A DNA stretch of 64,000 bases, taken from assembly GCA_013265495.1 (NCBI GenBank), contig MU058781.1:6104522-6168521 (forward strand), in the 5' to 3' direction. Made by a program: the position numbers and the translations under genes. The notes beneath the pieces are model-generated. The model did not search any database and was not told the DNA's origin. It saw only the letters and a program-made list of their open reading frames with translations. Every line of letters begins with the position of its first letter. Position 1 is the stretch's first letter. The DNA comes from Vicugna vicugna (taxonomy: Eukaryota). This document shows, piece after piece, positions 13,848 to 24,864 of the stretch.

Positions 13848-15622
13848 TTTTTTTTTTTTTTGCTGAACATAGAATTCTGCACCAATAGTTCTTTTCTTTG
13901 AGCACTTAAAAAAAATATTGTGCCATGCTTCCTTCTGGCCTCCACGGTTTTTGATGAGAAATTCAGTCATTTTAAAAATGTCATGCCACTTCCTTCTGCT
14001 TTCATGGTTTCTGATGAGAGGTCCAGTCAATTGAAACATTCCTTGGGCTGCTTTTAATACTTTAGTTTTTAGCAGTCTGATTATCACGTGTCTTGGCACG
14101 AATTTCTCTGGGGGTCCCCCCACCCCTTTGGAGTTCTCTGAGCTTCTTGAATCTGTAGGTTGATGTCTTTCACAAAATTCAGGAGATTTTCGGCAATTGT
14201 TTCTTCCAGTTATTTTTTTTGTACTCTTCACTTTCTCCTCTTCTTCTGGGACTCCAACAACATGAATATAAGACATTTTGGTATTATCATATAGGTCCCT
14301 AAGGCTCTGTTTGTGGTTTTTTTTCAATTTTTTTTCACTCAGCTGTTCAGATTGAATAATTTCCATTGATAGATCTTTAATTTCCTGACTCTGTCCTTTG
14401 TCATTTTCGTTCTGCTTTTGAACTCCTCTAACGAGCTTTTATTTTGGTTATTCTATTTTTTATTTTGGTTATTCTATTTTTTCAGTCTAAAATTTTTTAT
14501 TTGGTTCCTCTTTATAATTTCTATTTATTTAATAAGAAATCTATCATTCTACCCTTCCAGCCATTTTAAGAGGATTTATTCTTAATTCTTGGAGCCTATC
14601 TGTAATAGCTGCTTTCAGGTCTTTGTCAAATAATTCCAGTATCTGTATCATCTTGGTGTTGACATCTGTCGATTGCCTTTTTCCATACAAGTTGAGATTC
14701 TCCTGTTTCTTCATTTTTTATTATGTTATGAGACTCAGAGTCTTATTTAAATCTGTGGAGAAAATTGAAGTATTTATTTTACCAGCCAAACAAGCTGGTT
14801 GGATTCAGGCCACAAGTCCTGGACAGCCTTCAGGAGTTTCGATGTCTGTTTCATTCTCAAAGTCTTGCACTGCTGTTGAGATCAGTCCTGCATTTGCACC
14901 CTCCCATGGCCATTCTAGGCCCTGGGCAGGAATCCACCCCACAGGTCAGCTCTCAAAGCCTATGAGGTACTGGTTAGGACCAAACCTATATGTGAACAGT
15001 TCATGGGACTTGAAGTCCACAAACACTTGTATGGGTCGCTTCCTCGAGTTTGTCCCTCTCTGCCATCTCCACAATATAGTCCAGGCCCTAGAGGCTCCTC
15101 TTTTTGATCTTCTGGGGCTTTATTTGTTCACTTTGCCATGGAATTCAATATGCCTGTACCCAGAGCCAAGAAGTGAGAGGACAGAGAGAGTGAAATAAGT
15201 AGCAGGGTTCCCCTCACCCTCCTGGGACCACAGTTCCTCTCGTCTCAGACTTCTACATGCCTATTGGCCACTGGGACTAGGGGAGCAAGAGAAAAAACTA
15301 TAAAAACAGAATCTGACCACTTTTCTTCTTCTTGTGCTGGAACTAAAGAGTGATCTTTCTCTCTGTGACAACGGTCACTTCTGGGTTTCAGGATGCCTTG
15401 AGTTCAAGCCAAAAAAAAAAAAAGATAAACTCATTGATGGTTTAGTGGGACTGAGAATTCTGATGTTCTCCCCCAATCCACCTGCTTTTTTTTCCTTATT
15501 ACTTTTTACTTTTCAGAACCCTCAAATAGCTGCTCCATGCAATCTGTTCAAGTTTTATAATTGCATTCAGTGGGAGAGATGGGGTGGCATGTGCTTCTCC
15601 ATCTTACTGGGAATCAGAACCC
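12610..15622 (-). mobile_element. Old L1, 5' half: 5' UTR, ORF1, inter-ORF region and ORF2 endonuclease remnant
   Basis: ORF 13671..14366(-) has ORF1p motifs 'EIIQSEQ...QSLRDLYDNTKMSYIHVVGVPEEEEK' and 'PRHVIIRLLK'. ORF 12626..12865(-) 'GSIHQEDIVVLNVYAPYNR' is the ORF2p APE endonuclease. The 5' terminus '(rc) cagtaagatggagaagcac' is near 15610. Confidence 0.92.
14440..14481. repeat. Exact 21-bp tandem duplication inside L1
   Basis: 'tattttggttattctattttt' x2 (14440-14460, 14461-14481). Confidence 0.9.
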
Positions 15623-15629
15623 CAAAAGC

Positions 15630-15772
15630 TTTAAAAACACAAAGTAAAACCCATGCCTAGGTCTCCGCCCCAAAGAATCTGCTTCAGTTTGTATGGGATG
15701 AAATACGAGCAAAGGGTTTGTTTTAAGATAGCCCTTGTGATTTGAATATACAACAAAGTTGAGAACTTCTGT
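15630..15772. mobile_element. MER5B-like hAT element
   Basis: 'atgcctaggtctccgccccaaagaatctg...gtgatttgaatatacaacaaagttgagaacttctg'. Confidence 0.7.
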
Positions 15773-15879
15773 CATAAGCAAAGATACCTAAGGGCAGATT
15801 TTATCTTTAAATCCACAGCCATGGTTTACTGCCATCTTTGCCAGACACTCTGTTGGATATGTTAAGGGTTATTTAACTT

Positions 15880-16132
15880 TATTGAATATGGTTAAGGATT
15901 CATACTCTGGAACGTGTGGTACCTGGTTTTGAATTCTTACTAGGACGTTCATTAATCATGTGATCTTCAACAGTTTGTTTCACCGCCAAACCTCAGTTTT
16001 GCATCCGGGAAATGGGATAAAAGTAAAACCTACATTAAAGGGTTGCTGAAAGGATTAAGTGAGAAAATGAACGTAAAGCACAGAACAGAGAGCCTGGAAT
16101 GTGGCCAGTATTCAATAAACAATGGGTATTAG
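15880..16132 (+). mobile_element. MIR SINE, near full length
   Basis: 'tggttaag...actctgga...cctcagttttgcatccgggaaatgggataa...ggattaagtgaga...gtaaagcac...tcaataaa'. Confidence 0.85.
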
Positions 16133-18145
16133 CACCACTCCCATCTTACAGGCAAGAAATTTGAAATTCAGACAGATTTAGTGACTCACCCAACATTTCT
16201 TTCTAGTGCTTTTAAAGTTATAACAACCAGACCCCAAAACACGCAATGGGGCCCTTGGTTGTGATTGAAATGGTTCAGATACAGTTTTGCCTTTTTTGAA
16301 AGTTTGTCCAATTCATCTGAATGTTCATGGGGATAGATCATTAAGATGTAGCTTTTTCTAGGCAGCCCAAGTTATAATAACATGTGAGCAGTGTCACGAG
16401 CAGAAAGCATTTTTTTTTGTCTAGAAACCTTCAGTGACTTCTTGCTTCCACATGTGCAAATGCTTAAGCTTTCGAATGGTGATAGAGGATCAGTAAATCC
16501 TGGACCTGTCATTCCCCTTTCTACCACTTGGAGCCCAGGAACAATGAAAAAAAATTTTTTTTTGAAACTTCTTGAACAGGATGCAAACAGATTTAGGATT
16601 GTGCTCAGAAGTACCAAGTAGATGATTGCTAGACACACAATCCATGTGCATGTAGAGTGTACAGTATGACACAAATTTGAAATTAATGTGCAGTGTTCTA
16701 TTATCCAGTGAATTTTAAGTTAGCAAGGAATATCTCCCAGGTTTTCTAAATTAAAGGCTTCAAGTGATATGTTAGTTTATTTGATTCTCTTTCATTTTAA
16801 TTTTCCTTTCTAATCCTTCACTTAATTTTTTAAACAGGAAAAAAAATATGTTTTTTCTTCTAGGTAGAAGAGGTCCTTCTCCCAGGAGAAATCTTATCAT
16901 TATAATATGATTCCCTTTCTGAGAACAGGAGTGGTGTCTTATTCTTACATTTTATCTACCAATGTATTAATAAGAATAGTTCTTTAGAGGTATTTATTCC
17001 ATCATGTAACATTATCCACATCAGAAGGACAACATCTAGAATAAATTCGATGTATCTTTTAAAACCACACTGTTGAACTATTCACAGGCTGTAAATGTTT
17101 TCTCGGTCTGTATGTGTAGGTGGAGCAAGGCGGAGTGGTGGTAATAAAGTAAGGGGAGGGCAGGGGAGAGCCGCTAGCTGTCTCAGGGAAATGTCTGTTG
17201 ATTCTCTGATAGTAAAGGTCAATATTTTCCCAAATCCGAATTTGACATTCAGAACAAATCTAACTCTGTCACATCTTCATGGAACAAGAAGGAGTCCTTT
17301 ACTTCGTAATTTCTATTCCTCAACCTTCTAGTAGAATCGCTTGCTTTGTCGGCCATCCCTGGTAATTCTCAATGTTGAGAATTCAGCTTTGGCAGTCAAG
17401 GGTCTCGCATTACAACTGCACTTGGTGGAAGCTGTACTGCGTGGGAACAAGTCGTCACAGGGGCATACAAGCAGTATGCCCAGTAAATCTCTCTCTCATG
17501 CAGAAACCAGCATAAGCAAACTTGGCAATACCTTGAATGGAGGATCTTAGAAATGTAGTGACATAGTTGTAGTGAGCCAAAAGTTTTCTTGGAAAAGACT
17601 GAGTGCTTGTGACACAGGATAGGAAACCCTTGGCTCTGAATTGCCCCTATTACAAGCACACAAAGGGAAGATGGATTTTAAAACACAGCATCTCTGCTAA
17701 TGAAGCTTCTTTGAACAGAGGTCGGAATTGGATCCACAGGCTTATGTGAGTACTAGATTGTTTCAGAAAAAAATATAAATGTGTCAAGTTGGGTTTTGGT
17801 TTTGGTTTTCTAACAGTATAACATAGTGGTCTAGGAGTAGTTGTGTCTGGAAAGGAAGAGACAGGCATCTATAGTTGGACCCAGTCATACCCACTGTGGA
17901 TGTGCCACTCTGTGGCTCTGTTCTGCTGGTTCTTCTCTTTTCAGCAGACAATACAGAGAAAGTGAGAAAGTTGGATTTGACTAGACCGATTTTTGAACCT
18001 GCTATTTACCCAGCTATCAATGGGCTACATCTCTTCTCTGAGCCTCCCTTTCTTCATCTATACAACAGGAGCAAAACCAACAACGACCCTTTCAGTTATG
18101 ATGATGGAGAAAGAGAGAGAGAGCAGTTAAAAATAACATTGAAAA

Positions 18146-18226
18146 GGGGGCTGGGTATAGCTTAGTGGTAGAGTGCATGCTTAGCATGCATGAGGTCCTG
18201 GGTTCAATCCCTAGTACCTCCATTAA
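18146..18226 (+). mobile_element. tRNA-Ala(AGC)-derived SINE (camelid vic-1 type)
   Basis: GGGGGCTGGGTATAGCTTAGTGGTAGAGTGCATGCTTAGCATGCATGAGGTCCTGGGTTCAATCCCTAGTACCTCCATT(A): A box, B box and AGC anticodon loop. 17-bp TSD aaaaataacattgaaaa (18129-18145) / aaaaataatgttgaaaa (18227-18243). Sits within a degenerate MIR. Confidence 0.92.
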
Positions 18227-18284
18227 AAAAATAATGTTGAAAACCATAATGTTTTAAATAAATGCTGATAATAACCATGGTAAT

Positions 18285-18392
18285 AATAAAAATTAACAGT
18301 TTAATGGTAAACTTATGGAACATTATCACGTGCTAAGGGCTGCCCTGAACACTTCTTGTGAGTCTTCTCACTTGATCTTCACAGCAACTGAA
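18285..18392 (-). mobile_element. MIR fragment
   Basis: 'aacttatggaacattatcacgtgctaagg...tctcacttgatcttcacagcaac'. Confidence 0.6.
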
Positions 18393-18528
18393 TTCTTTCT
18401 TTCCTTCGCTCAATGTCCAAATTCATGCATTTCATTTCGCAGATAAAGACTTCAAGATCCCTGAAGGAAGAACACTTATCCCTCCAATTCACAGGATGCC
18501 TGGTATGAATGTTTGAATACATTTAGGT

Positions 18529-18739
18529 CAGTAGTTCTCAACAAGGGGCGATTTTGCCACCCAGGGTACTTTGGGTGACTTCCAGAGACATTTTTACTCA
18601 TCACACCTCAGGGGAGCTATGGCATCTAGTCCACAGAGGCCAGGGATGCTGCTGAACATCCTACAATGCACAAGGCATTCCCTTACAGCAAAGAATCATT
18701 CAGCTAAAATGCCTTGAGTGCTGAGGTTGAGAAATCCAG
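18529..18739 (+). mobile_element. MER20 hAT DNA transposon, full length
   Basis: Starts 'cagtagttctcaacaaggggcgattttgcc', contains 'ggcatctagt..agaggccagggatgctgctgaacatcctacaatgcac', ends 'gctgaggttgagaaatccag'. Confidence 0.92.
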
Positions 18740-19129
18740 ATAGAGATAAATGAAAAAAATTAGTGACTAAATGAATGCACGTGCTGAACGGTCTCCTAGA
18801 ACCGAACGAGTCATGCAAACTCGATCTGGACATCAGAAGACAGCGAGCTCTTCATCTTCTCCCGATTCTGACCCCATATCTGCCCCTAATTCTTCACTTT
18901 GTGTTTGATGAGCCTTCTCCCAGCAGAGATAACCACTTCTTTCACTTCTGTGATACAACTAAACAGAAAACCAGAGAGAAATCCAGACAATCTTTTCTCC
19001 AAAGACTTCCCCCACTACCTCCACAAAAAAGACTTTGCTAAAACAATCTCTTTGAATAAATCCGGTCAGCCAAAATGAGCAGAGGAGCCAATCTGTGCAA
19101 GTTTAAAACATGAGTTGTTCCTGGTTCTG

Positions 19130-19270
19130 TTTAACTTTCCATCTTTATTTTCCCTTGTACTCAATGTCTGACCTGCTTTTAATTTAGTTTATCTTTCCCA
19201 ATTATTTCTATTTTTGTGAGCAAGCCTTAATTTCTGGCATAAAGGCGGGGAATAAACAAATAAATTAAAC
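19130..19270 (+). mobile_element. Ancient LINE 3' end (possibly Mam_R4-like)
   Basis: 'tttgtgagcaagccttaa...aaggcggggaataaacaaataaattaaa' resembles the recalled Mam_R4 terminus with an (AAAT)n tail; family assignment unverified. Confidence 0.4.
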
Positions 19271-20195
19271 AGCAAAGAGAGGTATTCCAATGTAACACTT
19301 CTCACACATTTTCCTTTTCTCCACCAGTATTTCTTGGACAGGGTTAGGGAATTTTTTTTTTCCTGTTAAGAATCACTAAATTAGTGTACAAAGCTACAAA
19401 TAAAGGAAGCACCCAATAACCCACCTATTGGGGGTGAGGCAGGCATGGGGAGAGAGACCAGGGTGAAAGATATAGAAGATATTTACTCTTTAAAAATTTT
19501 GGAGGAAAAAAAAACAATACAACTTTGATTAATAAATGCAAAAATAGAAACATGCTTCAAGGACCTATTTTCCAAGGAAATGAGATAATGCAGAAGAACA
19601 GGCTGAGAGAAGGAGGAGGAAGAAGGGATATAGGAAGAAAAACACGTGTGTTCACAGGAAGACGAACAGGTCACGGGCACAGAGAAGGGCCGACCTCCTA
19701 ACCACACAATTAAATGACTGTCTGCAACTTCCAACCCCTCACCCTGCTGCCCTAAAGCTTCACTCCCCTGTCGGGCAAAACCTCTGGAGATTATCGGTCC
19801 ATACAGATTTTACAGTGGGACTGAGAAAGTATAAGATGAGAATAATCATTTTTCACCTTTTCAACACTGTATTAATCTTTTACTGCCGACAGGAAGCAGG
19901 AAGGCTTTATTTCTTCTTTATTTGCTCAGCAGTTCGGCTTTGCCCCACCCTCCCTCCAAAGCCACCCACAACCCCCTTTTCCTTTACAGATGAACTAGGG
20001 TGACACAGACCCTGTCCTCCCACCTCTTACCCTCTCCAAAATCAACAAGCAAAACACACGCACAGAAGCCAGTGAAGGAGAAGTCAGAAAAATTTGCTCA
20101 AGTATAAGCAAAAAAATTTAAAAAATTTTTTTTCCAATAGTGTAATTGGTTTTCTGCAATGTTCAATTCTGCAGGGGAAAATGGCTGGCAATTTT

Positions 20196-20197
<2 letters not shown>

Positions 20198-20226
<29 letters not shown>
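20198..20226. repeat. (AC)14 microsatellite
   Basis: Directly visible perfect run. Confidence 0.95.
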
Positions 20227-20230
<4 letters not shown>

Positions 20231-21156
20231 AGTAATTAGCTTGTTGGCTGGGCTGACCGACATCTGAAATAATAGGCTTTTTTTTTTAGTCATAAATGAT
20301 GGCTCTTGGAGGTTAGTTATCCTGTATAAAAATCCCTGGTAAATTAATTGCTTTGCTGTTTGACTGTTGAACATTAAATATTTGATCTCCCCATAATTTC
20401 AACATTAAAGGCTTTTTCTAATTTGCTCTGTTTACATCACCAAAGCAAAATGTCTTTGACTAACCAAAGACATGTTTAGCTCTTCCAAGAGTCTGATAAC
20501 AAACAACTCTAAGATAAAACATAAGTTGACCCTAATCCTGAGTATACAATTGGCAAACCAATTTTCTGAAGGAAAACAGGCAATTCTTTGAGAGAAAAGA
20601 ATGGTATATGTATCTTATCACTATGGGACAGGAAAAATTTTGAAGTGCTTGAAAAGAATTGTTCATTTTCCTGTGAAGGTTAAAACAGTCCTTTTATTCT
20701 CTTGTTCCTCACCCGCCCAGATAACCTAAGGATAAATAAACAAGATCACAGGAAATCATGTAGAAATGCTATAAACCACAGTTACTAATTTGCAGCTGCA
20801 GTCACTATTTGTGCCCTTGTCTCCACAAGAGTCGTTGTGTCTTAGACCCACGGATGGTCCAAGACTTTGTTGGACAAGTGTCACCCCAGTCCTCAAAAGT
20901 TATTCCAGACTCTTCTCACCACTCATTTCCATGAGGTGACCACAATAAACCAAGGCTTGAGAGAGGGCCCTTCTTTCCAAAGGCATTGCCTACTTCTGAT
21001 TGCTAAGATAATATTGAAATGTCATTGCTAGGAATTCACTCACACATTCCACACATATTTATCGAATGCATGAGAAGACAAATGACAATCCCTCTCCTCA
21101 AAGACTTTGTGGGTTTGGTGTTTGAAATAAGTCAATCATTTTGGAAGTCCACCCGT

Positions 21157-21599
21157 AGGCTACATGCTGTATGATTCTCTGTATATGACCTTCTGGAAAA
21201 GGCAAAACTCTGGAGGTAATAAAAAAGATCAGTGGTTTCCAAGGGCCAGAGTGGGAGGAAGGGATGAACAGGTAGACCATGGAGGGTTTTCAGGGCAGTG
21301 AAACCACTCTGCCTGATACTATAATGGTGGCTATGTGTCACTGTATGTTTGTCCAAACACAGAATCTACAACGCCAAGCATGAACTCTACTGCAAACGAT
21401 GGACTGTGCGTGACTTTTATGTGTTAATATATGTGTTCATCAATTGCAACAAATGCATCACTCTAGCATGGGGATGCATGCTGATGAGGGACGAGGCTAC
21501 GCATGTGTGGAGCAGGGAGTAGACAAGAAATCTCCGTACCTTCCTCTCAGTTTTGCTGCGAAGCTAACACTGCTCTAAGACATAAAGTCTCTTAAAAAA
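21157..21599 (+). mobile_element. L1MC-type 3' end
   Basis: 'aggctacatgctgtatgattc...ttctggaaaaggcaaaact...cagggcagtgaaaccactctg...ttttgctgcgaagctaacactgctctaa...taaagtc'. Confidence 0.88.
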
Positions 21600-21944
21600 T
21601 GTCCACTAGTAAAGTGTAATAGATCTTGGAAAGGGCAAAACCTTCCATTGATCAGCAATTCTGAATTCTAAGAACCTATCAGCTAATTCAGTGCCTTTCC
21701 ATGGCCAACAGCAAAAAGCCACATATTTGAAGAGGATTGATGAAAGAAGATTTTGGTGGGGGCCCTTTTACAGAGATGTCTGGAGAAACGGGGCACTGTC
21801 CAGAGAAAGAAGACCTAAGTAGATCATCGTAGGAAGGTTTTGAGCAGGCAACACTCATTTGAGGAGGTTGGGATATAGAGGTTGGTAGGGCAACATGTGA
21901 ATTAAAGTTTTACAGAAGGCAAGGTGGTTCAAAAGACAGTGTGA

Positions 21945-22100
21945 AACTTGTTGTTTATCTATTTTATTCAATATCTTGTAGCAACCTATAGTGAAAAAGA
22001 ACATGAAAACGAACATATGTATGACTGAAACATTATGGTGTACACTAGAAATTGACACAACACTGTAAACTGACTATACTTCAATAAAAAAAAAAAGAAA
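21945..22100 (+). mobile_element. Young 5'-truncated, 5'-inverted L1 (cetartiodactyl/camelid-type 3' UTR)
   Basis: 3' UTR end 'gaaattgacacaacactgtaaactgactatacttcaataaaa' plus poly(A). 14-bp TSD aaaagacagtgtga (21931-21944) / aaaagacaatgtga (22101-22114). The first ~20 nt are inverted. Confidence 0.9.
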
Positions 22101-22114
22101 AAAAGACAATGTGA

Positions 22115-23250
22115 CTCACAATGGGTCAAAGACCGAAATATGAGAGCTAAAACTATAAAACTCTTAAAAGAAAACAGAGGGATAAATTTTAATGACCTTG
22201 GATCTGGCAGTGTTTTCTTAACAAGCACAAGTAACAAAAGGAAAATGTTGAAATGAAAACCTTTTGTGCATAAAAAGTTACCCCTGAGAGAGTAAGGAGG
22301 CAACCCACAGAATGGGAGAAAAATATTTGCAAATCATATTATCTGTTAAGAGTCTAGTATTCAGAAGAGAGAAAGAACTCTTACAAGGCAACAAAAAACA
22401 ACTCAAAAAATGAGCAAAGGACTTGAATGGACATTTCTCTAAAAAAGACAGACCAAAAGCCAACAAGCACGTGAAAAGATGTTCAACACCATTAGGCGTT
22501 AGGGAAATGCAAATCAAAGCCACAAGAAATACCACTTCACTCTCACTAAGATGGCTATAACCAAAACACAAAAACAAAAAAACAACCCCAAAAAGGAAAA
22601 AAACAACCGTTCGTGAGAATTTGGAACCCTTGCTTCCTTGCTGGTGGGAAGGTAAAATGGTACAGCTGCTGTGGAAGGAAAATTTGGTGGTTCTTCAGTA
22701 AGTTCAACATAGAACAACGCTATGACCCAGCAACCACACTCCTATGTACCCACCCCCCCCAAATTAAAAGTAGTTGTTTAAACAAAAACTTGAATGCTGT
22801 ACATCAATGTTCTAAGCAGTGCTGTTTACAATAGCCCCACAGTGGACACAACCCAAATGTCCATCAACCCAGGAGTTAATAAACAAAATGTGGTCTAGCC
22901 ATACAATGGAATTCACTCAGCCATACAAAGAAATGAATACTGACACAGGCTACTTCACGGATGATCCTTGAAAATATGCTAAGTGGAAAAAGCCAGACCC
23001 AAAAGTCCACGTATTCTCTAATTCCACTTATATGAAATGTACAGAAGAGGCAAATTCACAGAGACAGAAAGCAGATTAGTGGTTGCCCAGGGCTGGAGGG
23101 TAGGAGGGAACAGAAAATGACTGATTAATGAATATGGGGGGTTGGGGGCGGGTGATACAAATGTTCTGGAAGTTGATAGTGGTGATGTTTGCACAGCATT
23201 GTGAGTGTACTAAATGTCACTGAATTTACACTTTAAAATGGGAATTTTCT
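22115..23250 (+). mobile_element. L1MB-type ORF2 C-terminus and 3' UTR
   Basis: 'gagctaaaactataaaactc', 'caacccacagaatgggagaaaaatatttgcaaatcat', 'caacccaaatgtccatcaa', 'gaggcaaattcacagagacagaaagcagattagtggttgcc', 'cactgaatttacactttaaaatgg'. Confidence 0.92.
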
Positions 23251-23538
23251 ATTTGATCACATTTGGAAAAAGTGAGCTTGCTATCAAACAGAGTCAAGTC
23301 ATGTCTCCCCAAATAAAATAAATGAGTAAGTTGACACAGGTGTTGGGAGCTTTGAATTGGACTGACATAATTATCTCATCACTATATCGCTTTGCACATG
23401 GATAACAAGAATATAGTCGGGAACACTGCATCATACTCGTACATAGAATCTCAACTAGCATATAATACTTGTCTGACCCTACGTACACAGACAATCTTAG
23501 TGTCTTAGTGTCTTTATTAATGAATTAGTAAACATATT

Positions 23539-23560
23539 CTAACCCTAGCCCTAACCCTAA
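23539..23560. repeat. Short telomere-like (CCCTAA)n tract
   Basis: ctaaccctagccctaaccctaa: about 3.7 units, one mismatch. Confidence 0.7.
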
Positions 23561-24659
23561 ACACCAGAATTTCTGGTGAACTGACACTTTTGTTGTTGGC
23601 ATAATTATAACTGGCATTGTACATATAGAAGATATGGTTACCTTTTATTAAATCTGCACTAAGTATCAAAAATAGGGAAATGGAGTATAAATCAATTGCT
23701 GTATAAACCATTAGAAACATGGGTTGTATTTTCTTATCATTAGGGCTTTGCCCCTTTTTCTGTAAGTCTCTTGGGATCTTTTGTAGAAGCTGCTCTCATT
23801 AAACACCAAACTGTTAAGTCCATACTCTGGTACCAGGTACAAATTTGGTCTCAGATTCTACTTAACAATTTAAAGGAACTGACGTATTATTTTTAAAAAT
23901 ACATACAACATGATTCCATTTACTATTTTGCCTGGATTTCAACTAACAGGCTAGCTATCCCAGCGCTGTGGTTGCACTGAAAGGCTGGCTTTGTAGGCTG
24001 TAGAATTGTCTTTTCTTCTTGAACTGGGGAACATATACGTCTCCAACAGGTCCGTATTGTCAAAATAGGAATAGGGCCGTGTACTATCCTGATCTTACAA
24101 AAACCAAAGACAGCTGTAATAGTACCACCAGCTGTGGAAAACTTAAGAAGCGTTTCCAGGGTCTCACTAAAGGATGTGGAGAAGTCAGGCTCAAAGAGAA
24201 TTTTGCCTGATTCCTAAGGCTTTCCGCCCCCACCATGCTACAGTCCAAACTTCTCAGCCAGATGTTCAAAACTTCACAATCTGACACCACCTGCTTAAAC
24301 ACCTATTTCGAAACTTCATAACTTCAGTTTCCCACTGTCATCAGGCTGATCTTCCTTTTATCTGATAAACATGCCATTTCATTCCTGACTTCAAGCCTCA
24401 TTTCCCTCTCTTCTTACCTGTCTCAGCACATACAATCCTTCGCCCTCCTCAGAATGCAATTCCAGCCACATGTCATTCGTGAAAAATTCTGGAACCACTC
24501 CAGCTCCTGCCTAATTGACATTCTTTAGATAAATAAATACACACATAAAAATAAAAATCACTTTGAGACTAATTATTTGTATAACAAGTCTGGGTCCTTC
24601 ACCGTTGTTGAAGACGATGGGTGGGTTTAGTCAATTTCTATTTCACCCTCTTTTTATAA

Positions 24660-24862
24660 CAAGATTTCTATAACCTCAGCACAATTGACATTTGGAGCCG
24701 GAAATTCTTTGTCATGGGGGGCACTGTCTTGTGTGTTGTAGGATGTTTAGCGACATTCCCTGGCCTCTACCCACCAATGCTAGTAGTACCCACCCTTCAG
24801 TTGTGATAACCAACGAGGTCTCTTGACATTGCCAAATGCCTCACGGTAAAACCGTCCCCACT
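24660..24862 (-). mobile_element. MER20 hAT DNA transposon
   Basis: 'aacctcagcacaattgacatttgg...tgtaggatgtttagc..cattccctggcctctacccac...gacattgccaaatg' is the reverse complement of the 18.5 kb copy. Confidence 0.9.
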
Positions 24863-24864
24863 AG

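Noticed and set aside
14623..15198. 191-aa + strand ORF as an ORF0-like antisense L1 product
   Set aside because: It starts at TTG, lies antisense in a heavily decayed L1 5' region and has no recognisable similarity; chance is sufficient.
17335..17550. Possible terminal coding exon after the acceptor 'ttcctcaaccttctagtag'
   Set aside because: The peptide is unrecognised and no upstream partner exon was found.
18146..18222. Functional tRNA-Ala(AGC) gene (also 40151-40228)
   Set aside because: Extra 5' bases disturb the acceptor stem, an A tail replaces the oligo-T terminator, and TSDs flank both copies, so they are SINEs.
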